A DNA stretch of 55,283 nucleotides from a virus (Duplodnaviria; Caudoviricetes): the IMG/VR virus record IMGVR_UViG_3300025640_000003, positions 1 to 55,283 of that record; one strand, given 5' to 3'. A program made the position numbers and the translations under genes. Positions 9,408-19,391 of the stretch are shown here, piece by piece. The notes beneath the pieces were generated by a model. The model was not told where the DNA came from. It worked only from the letters and a program-made list of their open reading frames with translations, and did no database searches. Position 1 is the stretch's first letter. Each line of letters opens with the position of its first letter.

Positions 9408-9610
9408 GTTGGGTGGATGTGTATACTGTAGAGGAGACTGGTGATAGTACCTACGGAATCTTTAATGAGACAACTATTACAGGCCATGTTGTGTTTGAAC
9501 TACCAAGTTTTGATGCAGTTAACTTCTATAAAGATGTTATGAACGAAGTATACAACCAAGTGAAAAAAGATGTAGAAAGTGGCTACCTTAAAGTAAAGGA
9601 AAACAAATGA
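9404..9610 (+). CDS. Hypothetical protein
   Basis: 68-aa ORF coupled at both ends. Confidence 0.7.
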   Translation: MSWVDVYTVEETGDSTYGIFNETTITGHVVFELPSFDAVNFYKDVMNEVYNQVKKDVESGYLKVKENK

Positions 9611-11508
9611 GCAATCAACTACCTACAGAATTTCAAGAATTTATTGCACTGTCGCGCTATGCACGATGGTTGCCAGAGGAAAAACGTCGGGAAACTTGGG
9701 GAGAGACTGTAAGTCGCTACATTAATAATGTTATCCCAGACGGTACAGACCACCCAACGACGCACAACATTGAACAGGCTATCCTTTCACTTGAGGTGAT
9801 GCCTTCTATGCGCTCTATGATGACAGCAGGTCCAGCAGCGGAACGTGACAACACCTGTATGTACAACTGTAGCTACCTACCTGTCGATGACCCTAAATCC
9901 TTTGACGAAGCTATGTTTATCCTACTGTGTGGCACAGGTGTTGGCTTTAGTGTAGAGCGTCAATACATCTCTAAGCTTCCCGATGTTCCAGAGACTCTGT
10001 TCGACAGTGAAACAACCGTAGTAGTGAAGGACAGCAAAGAGGGTTGGGCTAAGGCTTACCGTCAGGTACTGTCCTTGCTGTGGGCTGGTGAAATTCCTAA
10101 GTGGGATGTCTCTAAGGTTCGTCCTGCAGGTGCTAAGCTTAAGACCTTTGGTGGTCGTGCATCAGGCCCAGCGCCTTTGATTGACCTGTTTAACTTTACC
10201 ATTGCTAAGTTCAAAGGTGCGGCTGGACGTAAGCTCTCCTCTATCGAATGCCACGATATTATGTGTAAGATTGGTGAGGTTGTTGTCGTAGGCGGTGTTC
10301 GTCGTTCTGCTATGATTTCTCTGTCTAACTTGAGTGATGACCGTATGCGCCATGCTAAGAGCGGTCAGTGGTGGGAGACACAAGGTCAGCGAGGTCTTGC
10401 TAACAACAGTGTGTGTTATACAGAAAAGCCTGAGGTAGAGACATTCCTTCGTGAGTGGACAGCTCTGGTAGAAAGTAAGTCCGGGGAACGTGGGGTATTC
10501 AACCGTACAGCATCAAAGAAGCAAGCTGAGAAGTACGGACGACGAGACCCTAATTTTGAGTTTGGCACGAATCCCTGCAGTGAGATTATCCTCCGCCCGT
10601 ATCAATTTTGCAATCTGTCGGAGGTGGTCGTACGCGCAACAGATACACTGAAAGACCTAGAACGTAAGGTCGAGTTGGCTACCATCTTAGGTACTGTCCA
10701 AAGCATGTATACAAATTTCCCCTACCTCCGCAAGATTTGGCAGAAGAATACAGAAGAAGAGCGGTTGCTTGGGGTGTCACTTACAGGCATCATGGATAAC
10801 CCTTTGATGACATCAAAAAATAATGGACTGGAGAAAACACTTGAGCATCTTAGACAAATTGCTGTTTCTACTAACGTGGAGTGGGCTGAGCGCCTTGGCA
10901 TCCCTGCTAGTGTTAGTATTACCTGTGTCAAACCTAGTGGTACTGTTTCTCAGCTTGTGGACAGTGCATCTGGTATTCATACTCGCCATTCTCCCTACTA
11001 TATTCGAACTGTTCGTGGGGACAGCAAAGACCCACTGACACAGCTCATGATCGACCAAGGGGTCCCTAACGAACCTTGTATTATGAAGCCAGATCAAACC
11101 ACCGTCTTTAGCTTCCCTATCAAGTCACCTGATGTGTGTGTCACACGGGACGATATGACAGCCGTAGAGCAGCTTGAGACATGGTTGATGTACCAACGTC
11201 ACTGGTGTGAACATAAGCCCTCTGTGACCGTCTCTGTGAAGGATGAAGAGTGGTTTGAGGTGGGTGCCTTTGTGTACAAACATTTTGATGAGATGTCAGG
11301 TGTTAGCTTCTTGCCACATGATGGAGGTAGCTATCAGCAGGCACCCTACCAAGAAGTTGATAAAGAGGGGTACGAAGAACTACTGGGACGTATGCCTACC
11401 TCTATTGATTGGTCTAAGTTGTCTGAATATGAGGAGGAAGATAACACTTCTGGTATGCAGACGATGGCTTGCAGTTCTGGTATCTGTGAGATCGTTGACC
11501 TAACCTAA
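9607..11508 (+). CDS. nrdJ: Class II (adenosylcobalamin-dependent) ribonucleotide reductase
   Basis: YNC, TNPCSEI, TCVKPSGTVS, C-terminal CSSGIC; no nrdB-like partner nearby. Confidence 0.92.
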   Translation: MSNQLPTEFQEFIALSRYARWLPEEKRRETWGETVSRYINNVIPDGTDHPTTHNIEQAILSLEVMPSMRSMMTAGPAAERDNTCMYNCSYLPVDDPKSFDEAMFILLCGTGVGFSVERQYISKLPDVPETLFDSETTVVVKDSKEGWAKAYRQVLSLLWAGEIPKWDVSKVRPAGAKLKTFGGRASGPAPLIDLFNFTIAKFKGAAGRKLSSIECHDIMCKIGEVVVVGGVRRSAMISLSNLSDDRMRHAKSGQWWETQGQRGLANNSVCYTEKPEVETFLREWTALVESKSGERGVFNRTASKKQAEKYGRRDPNFEFGTNPCSEIILRPYQFCNLSEVVVRATDTLKDLERKVELATILGTVQSMYTNFPYLRKIWQKNTEEERLLGVSLTGIMDNPLMTSKNNGLEKTLEHLRQIAVSTNVEWAERLGIPASVSITCVKPSGTVSQLVDSASGIHTRHSPYYIRTVRGDSKDPLTQLMIDQGVPNEPCIMKPDQTTVFSFPIKSPDVCVTRDDMTAVEQLETWLMYQRHWCEHKPSVTVSVKDEEWFEVGAFVYKHFDEMSGVSFLPHDGGSYQQAPYQEVDKEGYEELLGRMPTSIDWSKLSEYEEEDNTSGMQTMACSSGICEIVDLT

Positions 11509-11567
11509 CACCTAAGTATGCACCTAAGCATGTGCTAAAACTGCTTAATAATACAGGAGAGAGTAGA

Positions 11568-12092
11568 GTGAAAAACATTTGGGTAATCTCTGACACACAC
11601 TTCGGGCACCAGAATATCCTAAACTTTAAGGATAAAGAAGGTAATCCTGTACGTAACTTCAACGACGTTCTTGAGATGAATGAGACTATGGTTGATCGTT
11701 GGAACAGAGTAGTAAAACCCGGAGACAAAGTCTATCATTTGGGGGACGTTTTCTTTGGTTCAAAAGAAGATTTTAAAAAACTGTGGCCTAGGCTTAATGG
11801 CTCTAAGAGGCTTGTCGTTGGAAACCATGATGACATTAAATTTCTATCCTCAGGTGGGTTCTTCAAAAAGGTTATGATGTGGAGAGTTTTTACTGAGTTT
11901 GGGCTTTTACTGACCCACACACCACAACACCCATCTGCTTTTACAAGTAACAGAAAAGGCTTAATCAACGTGCACGGACATATCCACCAGAACCCTTCAC
12001 CAGAAGGTCCTTACAAATGTGTCTGTGTAGAGCAGACTGACTACACCCCAGTGAACATTGAAGACTTAGGAGCTTATCGTGGCACCAAGTAA
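11568..12092 (+). CDS. Metallophosphoesterase
   Basis: SDTHFGH, HLGD, GNHD, HGHIH; GTG start after AGGAG. Confidence 0.9.
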   Translation: MKNIWVISDTHFGHQNILNFKDKEGNPVRNFNDVLEMNETMVDRWNRVVKPGDKVYHLGDVFFGSKEDFKKLWPRLNGSKRLVVGNHDDIKFLSSGGFFKKVMMWRVFTEFGLLLTHTPQHPSAFTSNRKGLINVHGHIHQNPSPEGPYKCVCVEQTDYTPVNIEDLGAYRGTK

Positions 12093-12768
12093 AACAAAGC
12101 GTAACACAAACTACAAAGGAGCATCAGCTAAGCCTACATCAGGTATCGTACCTAAGACAGATAAACAGAAAGAACTTATTGATGCTATCAACCAAAGCAG
12201 TCAGGTTATAGTTCTTGGTTTTGCTGGCACAGGTAAGACGTATGTAACTGCTACAATGGCTGCTGATCTTTATACGACAAAGAAGATAGATAAGATTGTC
12301 ATCACAAGGCCTATGGTCTCTGTAGGTAAAGACATTGGTATCCTCCCCGGTGATCTTGGTGAGAAGGTAGCTCCTTGGGCTTTACCAGTTCTTGATGTGT
12401 TAGAGAAACATTGGGGTAAGGGGATGCTTGAGACAGCCATTAAGAATGGTAACGTAGAGATGGCACCTCTGTCTATGATGCGTGGTCGTTCCTTTGAGAG
12501 TGCTTTTGTCATTGCTGATGAAGCTCAAAATATTACTCTTGCAGAACTAAAAATGCTCTTGACTCGTATCGGTGAAGGGTCTACAATCGTCCTTAATGGA
12601 GATGTTATGCAGTCTGACCTCAAGAGTGGGGATGGTCTGAGTAAAGTCTCTCACCTAGCAAAGAAACACCTACTACCTATCCCTATTATTGAATTTGGAC
12701 TAGAGGACATTGTGAGGTCTGATATCTGTAAACAATGGGTTAAGGTATTCTACGAGGAGAAAGTATGA
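12079..12768 (+). CDS. phoH: PhoH-family ATPase
   Basis: GFAGTGKT, ITRP, MRGRSF, DEAQN, LTRIGE, DIVRS. Confidence 0.95.
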   Translation: MAPSKTKRNTNYKGASAKPTSGIVPKTDKQKELIDAINQSSQVIVLGFAGTGKTYVTATMAADLYTTKKIDKIVITRPMVSVGKDIGILPGDLGEKVAPWALPVLDVLEKHWGKGMLETAIKNGNVEMAPLSMMRGRSFESAFVIADEAQNITLAELKMLLTRIGEGSTIVLNGDVMQSDLKSGDGLSKVSHLAKKHLLPIPIIEFGLEDIVRSDICKQWVKVFYEEKV

Positions 12769-12998
12769 CAGACAATGTTAATAGCCCACCTCACTACAAC
12801 TCTACTGGTATTGAATGTATCGACTACATCCATCAAGTACTTGGCGATGAGGGCTTTGTAGCTTACTGCCGAGGGAATATGATTAAGTACAACCACAGAG
12901 CATTTCATAAAGGGAAGGCGATAGAAGATTTAAAGAAAGCAGAATGGTACAACAACAGAGCTAACCAAGTGTTGAGCAAATTGAATGAGTCTGTATGA
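12765..12998 (+). CDS. DUF3310 / T7 gp1.7-like protein
   Basis: VNSPPHY..GIECID, GNMIKY, EDLKKAEWY. Confidence 0.85.
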   Translation: MTDNVNSPPHYNSTGIECIDYIHQVLGDEGFVAYCRGNMIKYNHRAFHKGKAIEDLKKAEWYNNRANQVLSKLNESV

Positions 12999-13167
12999 TG
13001 ACATAGACCCTTTTATGGTGTGCATGAGCGCACTGGCACTTGGTTTAATCTCTGGACTTGACGAAGAGAGTTTCTGGATTGCTTGTAATATCGCAGATAA
13101 TCCCGCCTCTTTTGACACAGCGATACTTGCAGCATGTAGACTTAAAGAGCTAGTGGAGGAGCACTAA
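12985..13167 (+). CDS. Hypothetical protein
   Basis: 60-aa ORF coupled to neighbours. Confidence 0.6.
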   Translation: MSLYDDIDPFMVCMSALALGLISGLDEESFWIACNIADNPASFDTAILAACRLKELVEEH

Positions 13168-13391
13168 TGGCAACACAAAGAAAATCCAACAAAAAGATAA
13201 CTCTCGAAGAGGAGGCAAAGACCTTCAAACAAAAAAGAAATCCCCCATCTAAACCAAAACCTATGACTTCTAGGGTGTATCTAACAGGGCAAGCTCTGTC
13301 AGGACTCCTAGCAAGAACACAAGGTCCGGTTCGGATGGAGGATATAAAAAGAGAGGCAGAAGCATGGGCTGACTTCATGCTTAAGGACTAA
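13167..13391 (+). CDS. Hypothetical protein
   Basis: 74-aa ORF with GGAGGAG RBS. Confidence 0.75.
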   Translation: MATQRKSNKKITLEEEAKTFKQKRNPPSKPKPMTSRVYLTGQALSGLLARTQGPVRMEDIKREAEAWADFMLKD

Positions 13392-13396
13392 CTTAT

Positions 13397-13421
13397 GGGC
13401 TACCTTCGGGTGGCCCTTTTT
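13397..13421 (+). terminator. Intrinsic terminator where the two genome arms converge
   Basis: GGGCTACC-TTCG-GGTGGCCC followed by TTTTT. Confidence 0.85.
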
Positions 13422-13423
13422 AT

Positions 13424-16400
13424 TTAATCTAGAGAGATAGGCCCCCTAAAGATATCGTCGTAGTTGTCTAGCAAGTATTGAATTTTCTGGAGTCTCTCAT
13501 GTGCATCATCTTGCTCAAGGATAGTCTCCAAAGGTTCTTCACCAATAAACTCAATAATCTTAGACACTTCCCTACGATTTCTACCAGACAGTACACGGAA
13601 CAACTCAAGTGATCTAGGTACAGCACCACCCTTCATCTGCTCCAGAACGTCTGCAGAAACCTTAGAGCCAATAAAAGATATCACATCTTCTTTCTCTTGT
13701 TGACCCAGCTCAAAGTATCCGGGATTAGCTCTAAGGTAGTTGTTAGCATACATCTCAAACAAAGGTGCAGCCATAGCATCCATTGTGTTCTTGACCTCTG
13801 GTGGCCCCGAGAAAGTTACAGCATTCCAACTAGACACACCAGCCGAGTTTAGCATCCTTTCATACAGTACAGGCTCACTGAGGCCCCTAACACCGAGTAT
13901 CTGTTTACCAGCGTCTGTACCACTAAGTCTGCCTCTTGTAGCTGTAGCACGTACTGGAAGCTCCTCAGAGACCCCTGTCAAGTTGTCTATGTAACGCAAA
14001 GCACTATACAGGTTGCCCGGACCTTGCCGTAGATCGGGGTTCATATTACTGTCAGTAAAGAGGCCATACAGTTGGTCAACAGGTTCTAGTGGTCTTGTAA
14101 CACCCTGAAAAACTCTAGCAGGAAAAGCAGAAAGAATCTCTCCCAACTCTCTTAAGTCGCCATTTGTAAGTGCAGAAGCAGCTGTTTGTACAGAGCGGGT
14201 GACATCGTCAACATCTCTAACAATCTGACCGCCAAGCTGTACACCCACCTGTGCCCAAACATCTCTAGGGATTCTATCCAAGAAACCTGTAATTTCTTCT
14301 GGGTCTGTCATAGTGACCAAGTCAGTCAAGGGACGACCATCAAGACCGTGAGCAATAGCTTGAGAGATAACCTGAATACCAGCATTAAAACCGTCGTACT
14401 GAGTGTCTTCAATACTACCATCATTTTTAACATTTTGGTTGTAGGTATAACCCTGATCTACTTTATCTTTAGCACCAAGAGTACTACCAACACCATGATA
14501 AGCCATAGCGATAGCACCCCAACCAACGACAGCCTTACCTATAGCTTCTGCACCTTCCTCTGTAACAAAGTCTAACTCTTGGCCTGCCATCTTCCTAGCA
14601 AGAAAACGTAGTGCATTGACACCAGTAAGGTCACCAACAACAGCAAGGTTAGTGTTCATAAAGTTACCAAAAGGTAGCATATAACCAGAGATAGGGTTGT
14701 TACTGATCCTAGAGACACCCTTAGCCAAACCCCTCATCACACTCTTACCGGGCAGAGTACTCCAGTTGATAGAGGCAGTCTCCTTCATAGTCCTAAAGAG
14801 GGCTTTATCTAGCACTGCAGTTTTAAACCTATCACTGGACATCTCTAAGGCAGCATCAGGTCTCTTAAAGAACTCGTTTGGAAGCACCCCATACTCTCTT
14901 ATAAGAGCTTGATCTACGTTGTTACCAAAAGCCCACAACTTAGTGATCTCATCTTGAAGGATACCACCTGTCATTGTCTGAGCAGCTTTTGTGACACTGT
15001 CAGCGCCTTTGTACAGTTTATTAGCTTCATCTAAGTTGTACAGCTCTAGGGCATCTCTTGCCCCACCTTCACCTGCAATCTCCCTAAACAACTCAGCCTT
15101 TGTCTCTAGGTTTTCATCAAGTATTTTGATAGCGTAGTTGTACTCTAGGTCTGGTGAAAAGACAGAAGTTCCCCTACGAAGTGCACCAAGTGCAGAACCA
15201 TAGGACCTGTTCATGAACTTCTCAGCCTGAGCAGCATCCCCCTTAAGGAATTTATAGTAGCTACCTTGGCTCAAGTTAATAGCAGCAACAGCAAAGTCAG
15301 CCGCAGTGTTGTAAACTGTAGAAAGACCAAAGCCCTTAATGTTTGTACCTGTAGTAGACAGAGAAGAGGTCAAGAGTCTCTTGTACAACGACAAGCCAAA
15401 CTGTGCTCTTGCAGGGGCTGCAGCATCTTCTGCGGCTTCATTGGTTAGCTGACTTGCGGCGTCTTTTGCATTCTTAGACAGATTACTAAGTCTAGAGTTA
15501 ATCCAGTTGGCCTGACCTGCAGTGGTCGCATTGTGGATAAAGTGAGCAGACAAACCTTCAGAGGTCTTAGTAACACCTAGATCAACCCCAGCACCTTTCT
15601 CAAAACTGGTAATAATCTTAGCAGCTTGTTCGTCCGACAAAAACTTAAGCGCTTGACCGAAAGAACCTGCAACACCAAACTCCTCTTTCATAGAAGGTGT
15701 GATACGAAAACCAGCATCTTTAAGAGTTTGGAAGTAACCAGTCTTTGCACCCTTATCAGCGCCAAACCAAAGGTGTCTGTAAAAAGCATTCTGAGCAAAT
15801 AGGTTGTTACTCATTTCATCTGCAAATTCAAGACCAGATTTAGCCTTTTTCTTAGCATCAGCCCACGACAACCAGTTCTTAGACGTACCTACGACATCTC
15901 CAAACTGCTCGTCAACGTAGTCTACAATAAGATTACGCTTAACAAGTCTCTGGTTCTGTCTTAAAGCATCTGGACCACTCAATCGAATAACGTCCATATT
16001 AAGGTCAGTACCCTCAAAGTACTTACTAGTATTTCTAAGTGCTTTTACACCTGTCGCACCAACTTGTAGTGCAGGGATAACCATACCACCAACAGCGGCT
16101 AGAGCAGTCTGAGCACGACTATACTCTTCTTGCGCACCTGTCTCTATAAGCTGAGTCTGGTACAAAGCGTCAACACCCATAGAGATAACAGCATCAGGTG
16201 CAGCATAAGGGGCTACACGTACAGCAGCACCTACAGTAGCTCTTGCAGCAGTATTAGTTACACCCTTGTTAATAGCCTGAGTGTAACCTGCAATAAGTGT
16301 TGATCTAAGTGCAGTTGTAGCAGCTTTAGTACCACCAGCAGAGAGGGCTTTACCAATACCAAACGACAAAAGGGTGCTTGGGTCCCAGATAGCAGCTTTA

Positions 16401-17050
16401 GTGTAGTCTAGAAAGGCATCCCCAGCCTCAGCCCAAGAACCCTCACCAGTAAAGGCGTTATCCATAGAATCGAAGAGAAGATACCCAGCACCTAACTTAG
16501 CTTTTGTTGTGTCGTCAGCATTAAGGCCATACACAACTTCATTAGCAGATGTTACAGATTGACCCCCAGCAAAAGACCGTTGCCAGTTCTGCCAGATTTC
16601 AAAAACCTTCTCATTCTCCATGCTGCGATAATCACGACCAGAAAGACCCCCTACATTACCTCCAGCTATACCAGCAGCAGCACTACCCACACCACTTGCA
16701 AGCGTAGCAGGTTTATACCTTGACTCTAGACTTGAACGTACAATCTCCATAAGTCTTGGATCAGAGACAATATCTTCTTTAACCAAACTGTCTTGATAAT
16801 CTTCTAAGATAGTGTAAAGATTGGGGTCACCAAACTCAGTGCCTGTTGTAGGTGGCGTAAAAGTATCAAGCTCTCGTATAGACACACTAGGGCTTCCAAG
16901 GTTTGGTTCTGCAAATACATCAAGCTCCCCCAAGGAAACTCTTGAGGGGGGTGCAAGTTCTGGGGCCTGAGGTTCAATACCTAAACCTTCAAACTGGTCT
17001 AGTTGGCTAAGAGAGACTGTCTGCCTTTGAAGTACTTCATCTTCTTCCAA
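13424..17050 (-). CDS. Large internal virion (ejection) protein
   Basis: 1208 aa, last gene of the structural operon; TTG start 8 nt after GGAG; function assigned by position. Confidence 0.7.
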   Translation of the reverse strand: MEEDEVLQRQTVSLSQLDQFEGLGIEPQAPELAPPSRVSLGELDVFAEPNLGSPSVSIRELDTFTPPTTGTEFGDPNLYTILEDYQDSLVKEDIVSDPRLMEIVRSSLESRYKPATLASGVGSAAAGIAGGNVGGLSGRDYRSMENEKVFEIWQNWQRSFAGGQSVTSANEVVYGLNADDTTKAKLGAGYLLFDSMDNAFTGEGSWAEAGDAFLDYTKAAIWDPSTLLSFGIGKALSAGGTKAATTALRSTLIAGYTQAINKGVTNTAARATVGAAVRVAPYAAPDAVISMGVDALYQTQLIETGAQEEYSRAQTALAAVGGMVIPALQVGATGVKALRNTSKYFEGTDLNMDVIRLSGPDALRQNQRLVKRNLIVDYVDEQFGDVVGTSKNWLSWADAKKKAKSGLEFADEMSNNLFAQNAFYRHLWFGADKGAKTGYFQTLKDAGFRITPSMKEEFGVAGSFGQALKFLSDEQAAKIITSFEKGAGVDLGVTKTSEGLSAHFIHNATTAGQANWINSRLSNLSKNAKDAASQLTNEAAEDAAAPARAQFGLSLYKRLLTSSLSTTGTNIKGFGLSTVYNTAADFAVAAINLSQGSYYKFLKGDAAQAEKFMNRSYGSALGALRRGTSVFSPDLEYNYAIKILDENLETKAELFREIAGEGGARDALELYNLDEANKLYKGADSVTKAAQTMTGGILQDEITKLWAFGNNVDQALIREYGVLPNEFFKRPDAALEMSSDRFKTAVLDKALFRTMKETASINWSTLPGKSVMRGLAKGVSRISNNPISGYMLPFGNFMNTNLAVVGDLTGVNALRFLARKMAGQELDFVTEEGAEAIGKAVVGWGAIAMAYHGVGSTLGAKDKVDQGYTYNQNVKNDGSIEDTQYDGFNAGIQVISQAIAHGLDGRPLTDLVTMTDPEEITGFLDRIPRDVWAQVGVQLGGQIVRDVDDVTRSVQTAASALTNGDLRELGEILSAFPARVFQGVTRPLEPVDQLYGLFTDSNMNPDLRQGPGNLYSALRYIDNLTGVSEELPVRATATRGRLSGTDAGKQILGVRGLSEPVLYERMLNSAGVSSWNAVTFSGPPEVKNTMDAMAAPLFEMYANNYLRANPGYFELGQQEKEDVISFIGSKVSADVLEQMKGGAVPRSLELFRVLSGRNRREVSKIIEFIGEEPLETILEQDDAHERLQKIQYLLDNYDDIFRGPISLD

Positions 17051-17053
17051 AGC

Positions 17054-18157
17054 CTATTCTCCGCTGATTTGAATTTCATTAAAAGACTGTGTCTGAGGGT
17101 TGTACACCTGCCAAACATCACCCTCACTTACAAGACCTAGCTGTTTAAGTATCGCAAGTTCTTCCATAGAGTTAGCACGTTTAGGTGCTGCAGGTTTAAT
17201 TTCCTCAAACACCGGACTTAGGATTGCACCCTCAAATCTTGGCTGAGACTCAAACATCCGTTGAAAAAACTCATTCCCATAAAGGTCTACAAGACCATAG
17301 GGGTTGCCACCCTCAGCAGATTTTTGAGCCTCAGAGATTTGAAGCTGACGACCTAGAACCCAATTTTTAGCAGCTTGAACCCTTGCAAGTCTTTCAGGGT
17401 CTCTGGTGTTTTCTTCTGCAGCCCTGATCTGGTTAAGTGCAGAGTTGAGGTTTCTACTTTCAATAGAAGCTCTTTGAGTTACATCATTTAAAGCACGTTC
17501 TTCAAGCTCGTTGATTTCCTTGATCTCAGGTGGCTGTACAAAAGTAGCAGGGGGGATGTAAGTACTTCCGGGAGTTATTTGATTACGTTGCAGCATTTCT
17601 CTTTGGAGTGGGTCAAGAGCTTCGCCTACGTACTCTTCGATCATTGTGAAATCAAAAGGCTCTTGGCGTGATGGTGTAATAACCATAGTGTCTACAATGC
17701 TTGCCACCTGACTTTGTGGAAACTCTAGACCTTGCTCTTGAAAGCTCGCTCTCTGAGAAGTTAGGGTATCAACCAGAGAACTAAGACCTTGAGTCCCAGC
17801 TACAGCTACCTCTTGAATAGCTTCATCACTTAACCCAAAGCTTGTTTTAAGTACTTGTGCGTAGTGTTCAATTGAGTCCTCTCCAGAGTCACCAGCAGCA
17901 CCCCCACGAGGGCTACCACCATACTCCATCCCAAACTGGAAAGCTAATTCTCTACGACGTTCTAAAAGCTCTCGTTCATACTGATCCCGTTGAGCCTGAC
18001 GGTTCGCTTCACTCTCTTCCCGACGGAAGGTAAAGTCTTCTTCTCGTTCTTCTTTACGAAGCCTTACAGCCTCTTCACGTTCAGTCTTAGCGTCTTTTCT
18101 AGCCTGTACATCTTGATATCCAGCAAGGATACCTCTCCACATACCTGTCTGAGCCAT
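17054..18157 (-). CDS. Putative internal virion protein
   Basis: 367 aa with a coiled-coil-like N-terminus; assigned by position. Confidence 0.65.
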   Translation of the reverse strand: MAQTGMWRGILAGYQDVQARKDAKTEREEAVRLRKEEREEDFTFRREESEANRQAQRDQYERELLERRRELAFQFGMEYGGSPRGGAAGDSGEDSIEHYAQVLKTSFGLSDEAIQEVAVAGTQGLSSLVDTLTSQRASFQEQGLEFPQSQVASIVDTMVITPSRQEPFDFTMIEEYVGEALDPLQREMLQRNQITPGSTYIPPATFVQPPEIKEINELEERALNDVTQRASIESRNLNSALNQIRAAEENTRDPERLARVQAAKNWVLGRQLQISEAQKSAEGGNPYGLVDLYGNEFFQRMFESQPRFEGAILSPVFEEIKPAAPKRANSMEELAILKQLGLVSEGDVWQVYNPQTQSFNEIQISGE

Positions 18158-18675
18158 TATGCATTCCTCCGAGCCATAAGGCCTCTAGGTTTCATGTCCA
18201 TCTCTTCCATCACTGGCTCTTCGTCCATAGGCATTGGAGCATCTTCTACAGCCTCAGCAGACTTCTTAGGTTCAGCTTTAATCTTGGCTAGAGCTTTTTT
18301 GGCACGAGTAGAGTTAAGAGCATAATCAAGCTTACGATCTTCTTCGTCCCTCTCAAAACCTTCTTTGTACTCGACACCAATCATATCAGCAGTGGTTTTA
18401 ATGTATTCGTGTACAGCAGGGGCAATAATCATACTGACATCAACAGAGTGGATACCGTCTACAACAGCCTTACGAAGAACACCCTCAGTGATAGTACGGA
18501 TATCAAGACCTTCCTCCATAAGGAGTACAGCAGCCTTCATACGACGCTCATCAGTCAACCTATCTGTATGATAGATCAATGCATCCTCAGGGTCATTCAA
18601 CTCTGGGGGACGTTCATAAGCTGCGTTTTTAGGTTCACGAGTCAGGGACTCTCCGGGGATAGGTGCATTAAACAT
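18157..18675 (-). CDS. Conserved virion-associated protein
   Basis: MFNAPIPGESLT..PKN..YERPP N-terminus; coupled to neighbours. Confidence 0.7.
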   Translation of the reverse strand: MFNAPIPGESLTREPKNAAYERPPELNDPEDALIYHTDRLTDERRMKAAVLLMEEGLDIRTITEGVLRKAVVDGIHSVDVSMIIAPAVHEYIKTTADMIGVEYKEGFERDEEDRKLDYALNSTRAKKALAKIKAEPKKSAEAVEDAPMPMDEEPVMEEMDMKPRGLMARRNA

Positions 18676-19370
18676 TAAAAATTACCTTCTAAGTATCCAG
18701 AGGACCTTCTAATACGACTTCCTAGGTTTGGTTTACCCGGACGAAGAAATTTCTCAGATACGATTGTTGCTGCATCGGTGACATTAGCAGCGTTTCTAAG
18801 TGGATCAAGGACAGAACCTTCAGAGGTGTTTTCTAGCTCATGCCTTAGATAACCATAATTAGCTTCGTAAGAGTCTAGAGGTAGGTTGTTCTCTTCTGCC
18901 CAAGCTTCAAAGGCCCTACGTCTTGGACCAGTCCACTGAGCAAAGCCATAACCACCTCTTGAACCGGGTACGACAGGCTCAATCTCTTGCATGAACTTAA
19001 AGCCACCTGTCTCGTGATCTAGGTTACCTACAAAACCAGCTGCCTGCTCTCTTGTAAGGCCAAAGTCTCTCATCAGGTCTTGGGTCAATCTTTTACCTGT
19101 GTCTGAAGACATATCACCCCGAGAAGTAGGCCTCATCTCACCTTCTGGTAGTGTAAAAGAAGTCTCTGACATAGCCCTAGTGTCAACACCCTCATCAATG
19201 GTAACTGAGTCTTGATACCGTTGGATATGCTCAAGCATTGAGGTGGCTGCATTGTAAGGTCTTTGCGCTGCTTCCATACGTGCTTTACGCATTAAGCCTG
19301 AGGTTTTTTGAATTGGGGCAACTTGAACTTGAGTGTTCAGGCTTTCCCTAATGTCTGGCATACTGTACAT
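18675..19370 (-). CDS. Virion-associated lysozyme (phage tail lysozyme family)
   Basis: GLTREQAAGFVGNLDHETG, GYGFAQWTGPRR, FLRPG. Confidence 0.85.
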   Translation of the reverse strand: MYSMPDIRESLNTQVQVAPIQKTSGLMRKARMEAAQRPYNAATSMLEHIQRYQDSVTIDEGVDTRAMSETSFTLPEGEMRPTSRGDMSSDTGKRLTQDLMRDFGLTREQAAGFVGNLDHETGGFKFMQEIEPVVPGSRGGYGFAQWTGPRRRAFEAWAEENNLPLDSYEANYGYLRHELENTSEGSVLDPLRNAANVTDAATIVSEKFLRPGKPNLGSRIRRSSGYLEGNF

Positions 19371-19391
19371 TGTTATTAATCCTAGAAAAAG

